Below are positions 17,176 to 25,844 of a stretch of 38,823 nucleotides of DNA, piece by piece (the first letter of the stretch is position 1; every line of letters starts with the position of its first letter). Under the pieces are notes generated by a model. The model was not told the origin of the DNA, searched no databases, and saw only the letters and a list, made by a program, of their open reading frames with translations. The position numbers were made by a program, and so were the translations under genes. The stretch is from Escherichia phage YZ1: sequence record NC_047927.1. One strand, written 5' to 3'.

Positions 17176-17580
17176 ATGCTACCATATCTCAACTCACGCG
17201 AAGGTCGCCACATGTGCGCTTGTCGCCTCTGGGAAGACGGGCAGTCTAACTTCAAGTCATTCGAGGACTTCAAGGCTCATACTTACCGTATGGCTGACGA
17301 GTTCGACGGTGAAGAGTACACAATCTACGATGTCTCAGGTCAACCAGTAGCGTATCTCTACATGCTGGCTACCGCATCTTGGCACCGACCGACTCCCGGT
17401 CTTGACCTTTCAATCGTCGCTATTCGTCGTGACTCGCAGTCCTCCCGCAAGGTTCTTGAGACTGTCAGGCACATCATAGACGAAGAGTGCAAGCGTTGGG
17501 GTCTTGGCTGGTATTCTCGTGTCAAGCATGTTTCTGGGTCGGTAGACATCGTAACAACTAAGGAGATTAATCGTGGGTAA
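17176..17580 (+). CDS. gp7-position protein (134 aa)
   Basis: Size and position match T7 gene 7 (133 aa); no motif verified. Confidence 0.55.
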   Translation: MLPYLNSREGRHMCACRLWEDGQSNFKSFEDFKAHTYRMADEFDGEEYTIYDVSGQPVAYLYMLATASWHRPTPGLDLSIVAIRRDSQSSRKVLETVRHIIDEECKRWGLGWYSRVKHVSGSVDIVTTKEINRG

Positions 17581-17824
17581 ATCAATCAGTAAGGCTTTCA
17601 AGAAAGTAGTAAAAGGTGCGTTAGGGACAGTTGGTCTTGGAGCTAACGATGCACCTAAGGTTGTTGAGGCTCAGACCCCAGCAGCAGCACCAGTGGAAGT
17701 CCCGAACGACAAAGTTGAAGATGTGGATACCGAAGTGACTGCATCTGACGAGAAGAAAGTGAAGCGTTCCGGTAAGCGTAGCCTTCAGGTCTCTCGCACC
17801 TCTGGTGGCGGTATTTCTATTTAA
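17573..17824 (+). CDS. gp7.3 homolog, tail-associated virion protein (83 aa)
   Basis: MGK...KK..K basic N-terminus and C-terminal SRTSGGGISI match T7 gp7.3 (SVARSSGGGINI, from memory). Confidence 0.75.
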   Translation: MGKSISKAFKKVVKGALGTVGLGANDAPKVVEAQTPAAAPVEVPNDKVEDVDTEVTASDEKKVKRSGKRSLQVSRTSGGGISI

Positions 17825-17835
17825 GGAGGTGACGA

Positions 17836-19404
17836 ATGGCTGAACGTGAAGGGTTCGCTGCTGAAGGAGCCAAAGCGGTCTATGACCGACTGAAGAACGG
17901 TAGACAGCCATATGAGACACGCGCTCAGAACTGTGCTGCTGTCACTATCCCGTCACTGTTTCCTAAGGAGTCAGACAACTCGTCTACTGAGTACACAACT
18001 CCGTGGCAAGCTGTAGGTGCTCGTTGTTTGAACAACTTGGCTGCAAAGCTGATGTTGGCGTTATTCCCTCAGTCACCATGGATGAGACTGACAGTCTCCG
18101 AATATGAGGCCAAGACCTTGAGTCAGGACTCAGAGGCAGCTGCTCGTGTTGACGAAGGGCTGGCTATGGTCGAGCGTGTGTTGATGGCCTACATGGAGAC
18201 CAACAGTTTCCGTGTGCCATTGTTCGAAGCTCTGAAGCAGCTTATCGTCTCCGGTAACTGTCTGCTTTACATTCCAGAGCCTGAACAGGGTACTTACAGT
18301 CCTATGCGAATGTACCGCTTAGTGTCCTACGTTGTTCAACGTGATGCTTTCGGTAACATCTTGCAGATTGTGACTCTCGACAAGGTAGCGTTTAGTGCTC
18401 TACCGGAAGACGTGAAGTCTCAACTCAATGCAGACGACTATGAGCCTGACACAGAGCTGGAAGTGTATACGCACATCTACCGTCAGGACGACGAGTATCT
18501 GCGCTACGAGGAAGTGGAAGGAATTGAGGTAGCAGGGACAGAGGGTTCTTACCCACTGACTGCATGTCCGTACATCCCGGTACGAATGGTTCGACTGGAT
18601 GGTGAAGACTATGGTCGTTCTTACTGCGAGGAGTATCTGGGAGACCTGAACTCGCTGGAGACGATTACAGAAGCTATCACCAAAATGGCTAAGGTAGCCT
18701 CCAAGGTGGTGGGCCTCGTTAACCCGAACGGTATCACGCAACCTCGTCGTCTGAACAAGGCGGCTACAGGTGAGTTCGTGGCTGGTCGCGTTGAGGACAT
18801 CAACTTCCTGCAACTGACGAAAGGTCAGGACTTTACGATTGCCAAGTCGGTGGCTGATGCTATCGAGCAACGTTTAGGCTGGGCCTTCCTTCTTAATAGT
18901 GCTGTTCAGCGTAATGCCGAGCGAGTCACTGCTGAAGAGATTCGTTATGTTGCTGGCGAACTGGAGGCGACCCTAGGTGGCGTGTACTCAGTACAGTCAC
19001 AAGAGCTTCAGTTACCTATAGTCCGTGTGCTGATGAACCAGCTTCAGTCTGCTGGCATGATTCCTGACCTTCCGAAAGAAGCGGTAGAGCCTACGGTCTC
19101 CACTGGTCTGGAAGCTCTGGGTCGTGGTCAGGACTTGGAGAAGCTAACTCAGGCAGTCAACATGATGACAGGACTACAGCCTCTGCAACAGGACCCAGAC
19201 ATTAACTTGCCTACCCTTAAGCTGCGACTGCTGAATGCCTTAGGCATTGATACTGCTGGCCTTCTGCTGACTCAGGACGAGAAGATGCAACGTATTGCTG
19301 AACAATCCGCTCAAGGAGCTGTGGTCAACGGTGCGTCTGCCGCTGGTGCTAACATGGGTGCCGCTGTAGGTCAGGGAGCTGGTGAGGACATGGCTCAAGC
19401 CTAA
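17836..19404 (+). CDS. Head-to-tail connector (portal) protein (T7 gene 8 homolog, 522 aa)
   Basis: Long colinear identity with T7 gp8: PYETRAQNCA, PWQAVGAR, YRLVSYVVQRDAFGN, RMVRLDGEDYGRSY, ERVTAEEIRYVA. Confidence 0.96.
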   Translation: MAEREGFAAEGAKAVYDRLKNGRQPYETRAQNCAAVTIPSLFPKESDNSSTEYTTPWQAVGARCLNNLAAKLMLALFPQSPWMRLTVSEYEAKTLSQDSEAAARVDEGLAMVERVLMAYMETNSFRVPLFEALKQLIVSGNCLLYIPEPEQGTYSPMRMYRLVSYVVQRDAFGNILQIVTLDKVAFSALPEDVKSQLNADDYEPDTELEVYTHIYRQDDEYLRYEEVEGIEVAGTEGSYPLTACPYIPVRMVRLDGEDYGRSYCEEYLGDLNSLETITEAITKMAKVASKVVGLVNPNGITQPRRLNKAATGEFVAGRVEDINFLQLTKGQDFTIAKSVADAIEQRLGWAFLLNSAVQRNAERVTAEEIRYVAGELEATLGGVYSVQSQELQLPIVRVLMNQLQSAGMIPDLPKEAVEPTVSTGLEALGRGQDLEKLTQAVNMMTGLQPLQQDPDINLPTLKLRLLNALGIDTAGLLLTQDEKMQRIAEQSAQGAVVNGASAAGANMGAAVGQGAGEDMAQA

Positions 19405-19422
19405 ACTATCACTATAGGAACA
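19400..19422 (+). promoter_or_regulatory. Phage RNAP promoter (T7 phi9 position)
   Basis: CCTAAACTATCACTATAGGAACA, predicted +1 G at 19417. Confidence 0.75.
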
Positions 19423-19512
19423 ACACAGCTTGGGTGAGAGAAAGCACAACCAGCCGTAACTGGCGGGCAGGTTGCTGTGTTACCTATTAACGACTTAAAG
19501 GAGAATGACTCA

Positions 19513-20397
19513 ATGTCTCAATCAGTTTATGCCGAGTTCGGCGTTAGCTCTAATGCAATCACTGGTTCCGTTGAGGACCTGAACGAACACCATAAGTCTA
19601 TGCTTGAACAGGACGTAGCTGTTCGTGATGGCGATGACGCTATTACATTCAAGCAACTGGAAGCCGAAAACGAAGAGGCGACCGAAGAAGACGAGAACGT
19701 CGAAGAGACTGAAGGTGAAGAAGACCACGAGTCCGATGACGAAGAGTCTGAGACCGATGGTGAGCAGCCTGAGTTCATCGAACTAGGTGATGCACCGAAA
19801 GAGCTGACTGAAAGTGTCACCGCTCTGGATGAAAACGAAGCTGCATTTGACGACATGGTGTCTTCTGCTGTAGAAGCTGGTAAGGTCACTGCTGATGAAA
19901 TTACCGCTATCAAGGCTGAATACGCCAAGGACGGTAAGCTGTCTGACGCATCCTACGCTAAGTTGCAGGAAGCAGGTTACACCAAGCGTTTCGTAGATTC
20001 GTTTGTCCGTGGTCAGGAAGCTCTTGCTGAACAGTATGCTGCTGGTGTGGTTCGCTACGCTGGTGGTGCTGAACAGTTTAATCGCATCCTGTCACACCTT
20101 GAGTCCAACGACCCGTCAACTCGTGAAGCACTTGAAGCTGCTATCGTTCGTAAGGACATTGCGACTACCAAAGCTCTGCTGAATCTGGCTGGCAAGACTC
20201 TGGGTAAAGCTGTAGGTGTTAAACCTCAGCGAACCGTCACCACTCAGGCTAAACCTGTGGTCGCACCTAAGGCTCCTCAGACCGAAGCATTCAGCTCCAA
20301 GGCTGACATGATTAAGGCTATGAGTGACCCGCGATACCTGCGTGATGCTAAGTACACGATGGAAGTTCGCGCTAAGGTAGCTGCCTCAAGCCTGTAG
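19513..20397 (+). CDS. Capsid assembly (scaffolding) protein (T7 gene 9 homolog, 294 aa from ATG 19513)
   Basis: VYAEFGV, VAVRDGDDAI, acidic central region, KAMSDPRY near the C-terminus as in T7 gp9; SD AAAGGAG 8 nt upstream of 19513 (the track ORF begins at a GTG at 19477). Confidence 0.9.
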   Translation: MSQSVYAEFGVSSNAITGSVEDLNEHHKSMLEQDVAVRDGDDAITFKQLEAENEEATEEDENVEETEGEEDHESDDEESETDGEQPEFIELGDAPKELTESVTALDENEAAFDDMVSSAVEAGKVTADEITAIKAEYAKDGKLSDASYAKLQEAGYTKRFVDSFVRGQEALAEQYAAGVVRYAGGAEQFNRILSHLESNDPSTREALEAAIVRKDIATTKALLNLAGKTLGKAVGVKPQRTVTTQAKPVVAPKAPQTEAFSSKADMIKAMSDPRYLRDAKYTMEVRAKVAASSL

Positions 20398-20398
20398 G

Positions 20399-20421
20399 AC
20401 TAAACTATCACTATAGGGAGA
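20399..20421 (+). promoter_or_regulatory. Phage RNAP promoter upstream of the capsid gene (T7 phi10 position, best consensus match)
   Basis: ACTAAACTATCACTATAGGGAGACC, predicted +1 G at 20416. Confidence 0.85.
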
Positions 20422-20523
20422 CCAAGAGACAGACTCAAGGTTCCACTATTACTTCAGTCCATACGGATTGGGCGTACAGCAAGTAATAAACTTTATCTTT
20501 CAATTGAATAGGAGAATTATCAT

Positions 20524-21567
20524 ATGGCAAACGTTCCGGGTCAGAAAATTGGTACAGACCAAGGTAAAGGCAAATCTGGTTCCGACGCTCTGGCGTTGTT
20601 CCTGAAGGTCTTTGCTGGTGAAGTCCTGACCGCATTCACTCGCCGCTCTGTAACTGCTGACAAGCATATTGTCCGTACCATTCAGAACGGTAAGTCTGCT
20701 CAGTTCCCGGTCATGGGTCGCACCTCTGGTGTGTATCTGGCTCCGGGTGAGCGACTGTCCGATAAGCGTAAAGGTATTAAACATACCGAGAAAGTGATTA
20801 CCATTGATGGTCTGCTGACTGCCGATGTGATGATTTTCGACATTGAAGACGCAATGAACCACTATGACGTGGCTGGCGAGTATTCCAACCAGTTGGGTGA
20901 AGCTCTTGCTATCGCTGCTGATGGTGCGGTGCTGGCTGAAATGGCTATCCTGTGTAACCTACCGGCTGCATCCAACGAGAATATTGCTGGTCTGGGCACT
21001 GCGTCCGTACTTGAAGTAGGCAAGAAAGCTGACCTCAACACCCCGGCTAAACTGGGCGAAGCAATCATCGGTCAACTGACCATTGCTCGTGCGAAGCTGA
21101 CCTCCAACTACGTTCCTGCTGGCGACCGTTACTTCTACACCACGCCGGACAACTACTCTGCAATCCTAGCGGCTCTGATGCCGAACGCTGCTAACTATGC
21201 TGCGCTGATTGACCCAGAGACTGGTAACATCCGTAACGTAATGGGCTTCGTGGTTGTTGAAGTTCCACACTTGACTCAGGGTGGTGCTGGTGAAACTCGT
21301 GGTGACGATGGTATCACTATTGCGACTGGTCAGAAGCACGCCTTCCCAGCTACTGCTGCTGATGATGTTAAAGTTGCTCTGGACAACGTTGTGGGCCTGT
21401 TCTCTCACCGTTCTGCTGTTGGTACTGTTAAGCTGCGCGACTTGGCGCTGGAACGTGACCGTGACGTCGATGCTCAGGGCGACCTGATTGTTGGTAAATA
21501 CGCTATGGGTCACGGTGGTCTGCGTCCTGAAGCAGCTGGCGCACTGGTTTTCAGCCCAGCGGCGTAA
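20524..21567 (+). CDS. Major capsid protein (T7 gene 10A homolog, 347 aa)
   Basis: LALFLKVF, GEVLTAF, GKSAQFPV, DKRKGIKHTEKVITIDGLLTADV, MPNAANYAALIDPE, HRSAVGTVKLRDLALER, KYAMGHGGLRPEAAGA colinear with T7 gp10A. Confidence 0.97.
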   Translation: MANVPGQKIGTDQGKGKSGSDALALFLKVFAGEVLTAFTRRSVTADKHIVRTIQNGKSAQFPVMGRTSGVYLAPGERLSDKRKGIKHTEKVITIDGLLTADVMIFDIEDAMNHYDVAGEYSNQLGEALAIAADGAVLAEMAILCNLPAASNENIAGLGTASVLEVGKKADLNTPAKLGEAIIGQLTIARAKLTSNYVPAGDRYFYTTPDNYSAILAALMPNAANYAALIDPETGNIRNVMGFVVVEVPHLTQGGAGETRGDDGITIATGQKHAFPATAADDVKVALDNVVGLFSHRSAVGTVKLRDLALERDRDVDAQGDLIVGKYAMGHGGLRPEAAGALVFSPAA

Positions 21568-21698
21568 GCACCTTTAGCCAACCTAACGTCGCTACAGTAG
21601 CGGCTGCACCTGAAGAGGAGACTCTAACTCCCCAACAGAAAGCTGCGCGTACTCGTGCTGCGAACAGGGCCGCTAAACTGGCTGAGTCCAACAACTAA
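20524..21698 (+). CDS. Minor capsid protein 10B, predicted product of a -1 ribosomal frameshift at GGTTTTC (21546-21552)
   Basis: The slip heptamer G GUU UUC lies 4 codons before the 10A stop; the -1 frame stays open for 50 codons to TAA at 21696-21698. Confidence 0.55.
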
Positions 21699-21701
21699 TT
21701 G

Positions 21702-21742
21702 AAACCCCTTGGGTGCCTTCGGGTGCTTGAGGGGTTTTTTTT
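21702..21742 (+). terminator. T-phi-like terminator for phage RNAP (also intrinsic-terminator-like)
   Basis: AACCCCTTGGGTGCC-TTCG-GGTGCTTGAGGGG followed by eight T residues; resembles T7 T-phi. Confidence 0.85.
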
Positions 21743-21790
21743 CGGAGGATTAATGAAGATACGTATACGCTACCTTAAAGGAGATTAGTA

Positions 21791-22357
21791 ATGGCTCAAT
21801 ACATTCCACTGAATGCTAACGATGACTTAGACGCCATCAACGATATGTTAGCTGCTATCGGTGAACCAGCAGTCCTACAGCTTGACGAGGGGAACGCTGA
21901 CGTCTCGAACGCTCAACGTATACTGCATCGTGTCAATCGTCAGGTCCAAGCTAAAGGCTGGAACTTTAACATCAACGAAGCTGCTGTCCTGACACCTGAT
22001 GTCCAAGACAATAGGATTCGATTCTTGCCGTCATACCTTCGTGTAATGACCGCTGGGGCCACCAGCTACTACAGCAACATGGGTGGATACCTGTACGACC
22101 TGTCCACTCAGTCAACCACTTTCACCGACCCTATCACGGTAGAGCTTGTGGAGATGAAGCCATTCTCCGAGATGCCTGTGGTCTTCAGGGACTACATCGT
22201 CACTAAAGCCAGCCGTGAGTTCAACGCTAAGTTCTTCGGTAGCCCAGAGTCAGAGCTATACCTTCGTGAGCAGGAAGCAGAACTCTATCAGCAGGTTATG
22301 GAGTACGAGATGGACACTGGTCGCTACAACATGATGTCTGACATCGGGAGGGACTAA
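21791..22357 (+). CDS. Tail tubular protein A / gatekeeper (T7 gene 11 homolog, 188 aa)
   Basis: AIGEPAV, NAQRILHRVNRQVQAKGWNFNI, IVTKASREFNAKFFG, EYEMD.G.YNM match T7 gp11. Confidence 0.9.
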   Translation: MAQYIPLNANDDLDAINDMLAAIGEPAVLQLDEGNADVSNAQRILHRVNRQVQAKGWNFNINEAAVLTPDVQDNRIRFLPSYLRVMTAGATSYYSNMGGYLYDLSTQSTTFTDPITVELVEMKPFSEMPVVFRDYIVTKASREFNAKFFGSPESELYLREQEAELYQQVMEYEMDTGRYNMMSDIGRD

Positions 22358-24714
22358 TGCCGCTTATTACGCAAAGCATAAAAAATCTTAAGGGTGGCAT
22401 TAGCCAGCAGCCTGATATACTGAGGTTCTCAGACCAAGGCGAGGCGCAGGTTAACTGCTGGTCATCCGAGAGTGATGGCCTCCAGAAGCGCCCACCTACA
22501 GTCTTCAAGCGACGTCTTAACATCGACGTTGGGAGCAACCCTAAGTTCCACCTGATTAACCGTGACGAGCATGAGCAGTATTACATCGTGTTCAATGGGT
22601 CAAACATTCAGGTAGTTGACTTGAGTGGAAATCAATACTCAGTGTCAGGTGCGGTAGACTACGTTAAGTCCTCCAGCCCACGAGATGACATCCGTGTCGT
22701 TACCGTGGCAGACTATACGTTCGTCGTTAACCGTAAGGTTGTCGTCAAAGGTGGAAGCGAGAAGTCACACTCTGGTTATAACCGCAAAGCACGAGCTTTA
22801 ATTAACCTGCGTGGTGGACAGTATGGTCGAACCCTTAAGGTGGGAATCAACGGTGGCGTTAAGGTCTCGCATAAGCTACCAGCAGGTAATGATGCAGAGA
22901 ATGACCCACCTAAGGTGGACGCTCAAGCCATTGGTGCAGCTCTGAGAGACCTTCTTGTTACTGCCTATCCTTCTTTCACGTTTGACCTTGGGTCTGGCTT
23001 CCTGCTAATCACAGCTCCTTCAGGGACCGATATTAACTCAGTGGAGACGGAGGATGGCTACGCTAACCAGCTAATAAGCCCAGTCCTAGACACTGTGCAG
23101 ACAATCTCTAAACTACCTCTTGCAGCTCCTAATGGGTATATCATTAAGATTCAAGGTGAGACAAACAGTAGCGCCGATGAATACTACGTGATGTATGACT
23201 CCAACACTAAGACGTGGAAGGAGACAGTGGAGCCGGGAGTTGTCACTGGGTTCGATAACACCACAATGCCACACGCTCTGGTACGACAATCTGATGGCTC
23301 CTTTGAGTTCAAGACTCTGGATTGGTCCAAGCGCGGTTCTGGTAACGATGACACAAACCCTATGCCTAGCTTCGTGGATGCTGTGATTAATGATGTGTTC
23401 TTCTACAGGAACAGGCTTGGGTTCTTGTCGGGTGAGAACGTAATCATGAGCCGTTCAGCCAGCTACTTTTCGTTCTTCCCTAAGAGTGTGGCGACACTGA
23501 GCGATGATGACCCTATTGATGTAGCTGTAAGTCACCCTCGAATCTCAATCCTTAAGTATGCCGTTCCGTTTAGTGAGCAGTTACTACTTTGGTCGGATGA
23601 GGTTCAGTTCGTGATGACAAGCTCTGGGGTACTTACCTCGAAGTCTATCCAGCTTGATGTAGGCTCAGAGTTTGCCTTAGGTGATAATGCCAGACCGTTC
23701 GCTGTAGGACGCTCAGTCTTCTTCTCAGCTCCTCGTGGGTCATTCACCAGCATTAAGCGATACTTCGCTGTAGCTGATGTGTCTGATGTGAAGGATGCTG
23801 ATGATACAACCGGTCACGTATTGTCCTACATCCCTAACGGGGTGTTTGATATTCAAGGTACAGGGACTGAGAACTACATCTGCGTCAACTCTACAGGTGC
23901 ATACAACCGTATCTACATCTACAAGTTCTTGTTTAAGGACGGCGTACAGCTTCAAGCCTCTTGGTCACACTGGGAGTTCCCTAAAGATGATAAGATTCTG
24001 GCGTCTGCTTCTATTGGCTCTACCATGTTCATCGTTCGTCAGCACCAAGGAGGGGTAGACATTGAGCACCTTAAGTTCATCAAGGAGGCAACTGACTTCC
24101 CGTCAGAGCCGTATAGACTCCACATTGACTCCAAGGTGTCTATGGTAATTCCAATTGGCTCATATAATGCTGACACCTATAAGACTACGGTTGACATTGG
24201 TGCTGCTTATGGTGGCAACGCTCCGTCTCCCGGTCGGTACTATCTGATTGACAGTCAGGGTGCTTATGTGGACATTGGGGACTTGACCAGTATCTCTACT
24301 GTGATTACCCTCAACGGCGATTGGTCAGGACGCACAGTGTTCATCGGACGGTCCTATCTTATGTCCTACAAGTTCTCACGGTTCCTGATTAAGATTGAAG
24401 ATGATAGTGGAACTCAGTCTGAAGACACTGGTCGCCTACAGCTTCGTCGGGCTTGGGTCAACTACAAGGACACTGGCGCTCTGAGACTCATTGTCAGAAA
24501 CGGTGAGCGGGAGTTCGTGAACACCTTTAATGGGTACACCCTTGGTCAGCAAACCATCGGTACTACAAACATTGGTGACGGGCAGTATCGCTTCGCTATG
24601 AATGGTAACGCATTAACCACTAGTCTAACCTTAGAGTCCGATTATCCTACCCCAGTGTCAATCGTTGGGTGTGGCTGGGAGGCGTCATACGCTAAGAAAG
24701 CTCGTTCCGTCTAA
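22357..24714 (+). CDS. Tail tubular protein B (T7 gene 12 homolog, 785 aa)
   Basis: N-terminal ITQSIKNLKGGISQQPDILR, HLINRDEHEQYY, MPHALVR, FFYRNRLGFLSGEN, LKYAVPFSE, RLQLRRAWVNY and C-terminal IVGCGWE; colinear with T7 gp12. Confidence 0.95.
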   Translation: MPLITQSIKNLKGGISQQPDILRFSDQGEAQVNCWSSESDGLQKRPPTVFKRRLNIDVGSNPKFHLINRDEHEQYYIVFNGSNIQVVDLSGNQYSVSGAVDYVKSSSPRDDIRVVTVADYTFVVNRKVVVKGGSEKSHSGYNRKARALINLRGGQYGRTLKVGINGGVKVSHKLPAGNDAENDPPKVDAQAIGAALRDLLVTAYPSFTFDLGSGFLLITAPSGTDINSVETEDGYANQLISPVLDTVQTISKLPLAAPNGYIIKIQGETNSSADEYYVMYDSNTKTWKETVEPGVVTGFDNTTMPHALVRQSDGSFEFKTLDWSKRGSGNDDTNPMPSFVDAVINDVFFYRNRLGFLSGENVIMSRSASYFSFFPKSVATLSDDDPIDVAVSHPRISILKYAVPFSEQLLLWSDEVQFVMTSSGVLTSKSIQLDVGSEFALGDNARPFAVGRSVFFSAPRGSFTSIKRYFAVADVSDVKDADDTTGHVLSYIPNGVFDIQGTGTENYICVNSTGAYNRIYIYKFLFKDGVQLQASWSHWEFPKDDKILASASIGSTMFIVRQHQGGVDIEHLKFIKEATDFPSEPYRLHIDSKVSMVIPIGSYNADTYKTTVDIGAAYGGNAPSPGRYYLIDSQGAYVDIGDLTSISTVITLNGDWSGRTVFIGRSYLMSYKFSRFLIKIEDDSGTQSEDTGRLQLRRAWVNYKDTGALRLIVRNGEREFVNTFNGYTLGQQTIGTTNIGDGQYRFAMNGNALTTSLTLESDYPTPVSIVGCGWEASYAKKARSV

Positions 24715-24721
24715 CTTATTG

Positions 24722-24771
24722 AAGGGCCTATAGATTTACCTTAACTATCACTATAGGGACTATAGGCCCTT
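24722..24771 (+). promoter_or_regulatory. Perfect 12-bp inverted repeat (AAGGGCCTATAG / CTATAGGCCCTT) enclosing the next phage promoter
   Basis: Arms at 24722-24733 and 24760-24771 are exact reverse complements with a 26-nt loop that contains the promoter core; possible RNase III site or terminator analogous to T7 R13. Confidence 0.5.
24739..24761 (+). promoter_or_regulatory. Phage RNAP promoter (T7 phi13 position)
   Basis: CTTAACTATCACTATAGGGACTA, predicted +1 G at 24756. Confidence 0.75.
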
Positions 24772-24790
24772 AAGGTTATAAGGAGACTTT

Positions 24791-25261
24791 ATGTATATTC
24801 GCAAAGCTACGGAACCAGATGTCCACTACTTTCTGGGGCATCTTTCAGCAGATGATGTTAATGAGTGCAAAGCAAACTATGGGTCAACCGTTGGTCTCTC
24901 TGAAAGACTGCTTAAGCACCTATCTCCGTCATCTGTGGTTTTAACGAACGGTGTAGGCGAAGTGTTTTCCTATGGTGGGAACCAAGGGGATAACGTGTGG
25001 TTCTTGACTTCCGGTCTTGTCTACAAGCTGAGACCTAAAGAGAAGAGAGAGTTCACAAAGCGTATCTCTGAGTACAGGGACTTAATGTTAGACCAATACG
25101 GGACCATCTGGAACTACGTGTGGTCAGGCAATAAGTCTCACATTAAATTCTTGAAGCTGCTTGGGGCTAAGTTCCATGATGATTGGACTATCAGCCCGGT
25201 AACTGGTGAGCGTTTTCAACTATTCACTATCTCTAAGGAGGACGTATGTGTGAACCCGTAA
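24791..25261 (+). CDS. Protein in the gene 13 slot (156 aa); homology to T7 internal virion protein A not verified
   Basis: ORF after a phage promoter with TAAGGAG SD; overlaps the gp14 start; no motif I can confirm. Confidence 0.55.
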   Translation: MYIRKATEPDVHYFLGHLSADDVNECKANYGSTVGLSERLLKHLSPSSVVLTNGVGEVFSYGGNQGDNVWFLTSGLVYKLRPKEKREFTKRISEYRDLMLDQYGTIWNYVWSGNKSHIKFLKLLGAKFHDDWTISPVTGERFQLFTISKEDVCVNP

Positions 25262-25833
25262 GTATCGGCATGGGTATCATGGCTGTAGCCGGGGCCACTA
25301 TGTCCGCATCCCAGCAGGCCAAGGCCGAAGGTGCAGCAATTGACGCTCAGAATCGACAGGCTCAGGAAATGGTTAAGCAGATGAACTACTCTGACGCCAA
25401 CCTGAAGATGCAGGAGCGAGACCTGAAGGAGCAGCAGATGGCTGAACTGACAGAGACCACGCTCAACGGTATACGAAATCATGGTATGGTCCGAGCTGCG
25501 GTGGCTGAGTCAGGTCTGGAAGGTAACTCTATGGACAGGATTGAACGTCAGGTCGAAGGAGATACAGTCAAGGAGCGAGCAGGGATTACCGAAAGTTACA
25601 ACCGCGACTATGCGGCTATCTTCGGGAACCGTATCGCCAACATTGAGAACACAAAGTCTGCTATCCGTGGTCAAGGTAAAATTATCAAGACCAGCCCACT
25701 GGCTCATGCACTTAATGTTGTTACCGTAGGGATGCAAGGTTACGCCGCTGGTAAGTCAATCTCTGGAGCGTCAAGCTCTGGTGGTGCTGCACCAATTAGT
25801 GCTGCTAAAGGCACACCTACAGGTCATAGCTAA
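25246..25833 (+). CDS. Internal virion protein B (T7 gene 14 homolog, 195 aa)
   Basis: N-terminal MC, central GLEGNSMDRI and NYRRDY-like ESYNRDYAAIF, C-terminal AAKGT.TG; same length as T7 gp14. Confidence 0.88.
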   Translation: MCEPVSIGMGIMAVAGATMSASQQAKAEGAAIDAQNRQAQEMVKQMNYSDANLKMQERDLKEQQMAELTETTLNGIRNHGMVRAAVAESGLEGNSMDRIERQVEGDTVKERAGITESYNRDYAAIFGNRIANIENTKSAIRGQGKIIKTSPLAHALNVVTVGMQGYAAGKSISGASSSGGAAPISAAKGTPTGHS

Positions 25834-25844
25834 GAGGAGGACTA

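Noticed and set aside
18400-18870. 156-aa minus-strand ORF inside the portal gene
   Set aside because: Antisense to a conserved coding region with no promoter or RBS support.
19527-19928. 133-aa Ser-rich minus-strand ORF inside the scaffolding gene
   Set aside because: Low-complexity antisense reading of the acidic (GAA/GAC-rich) scaffold region.
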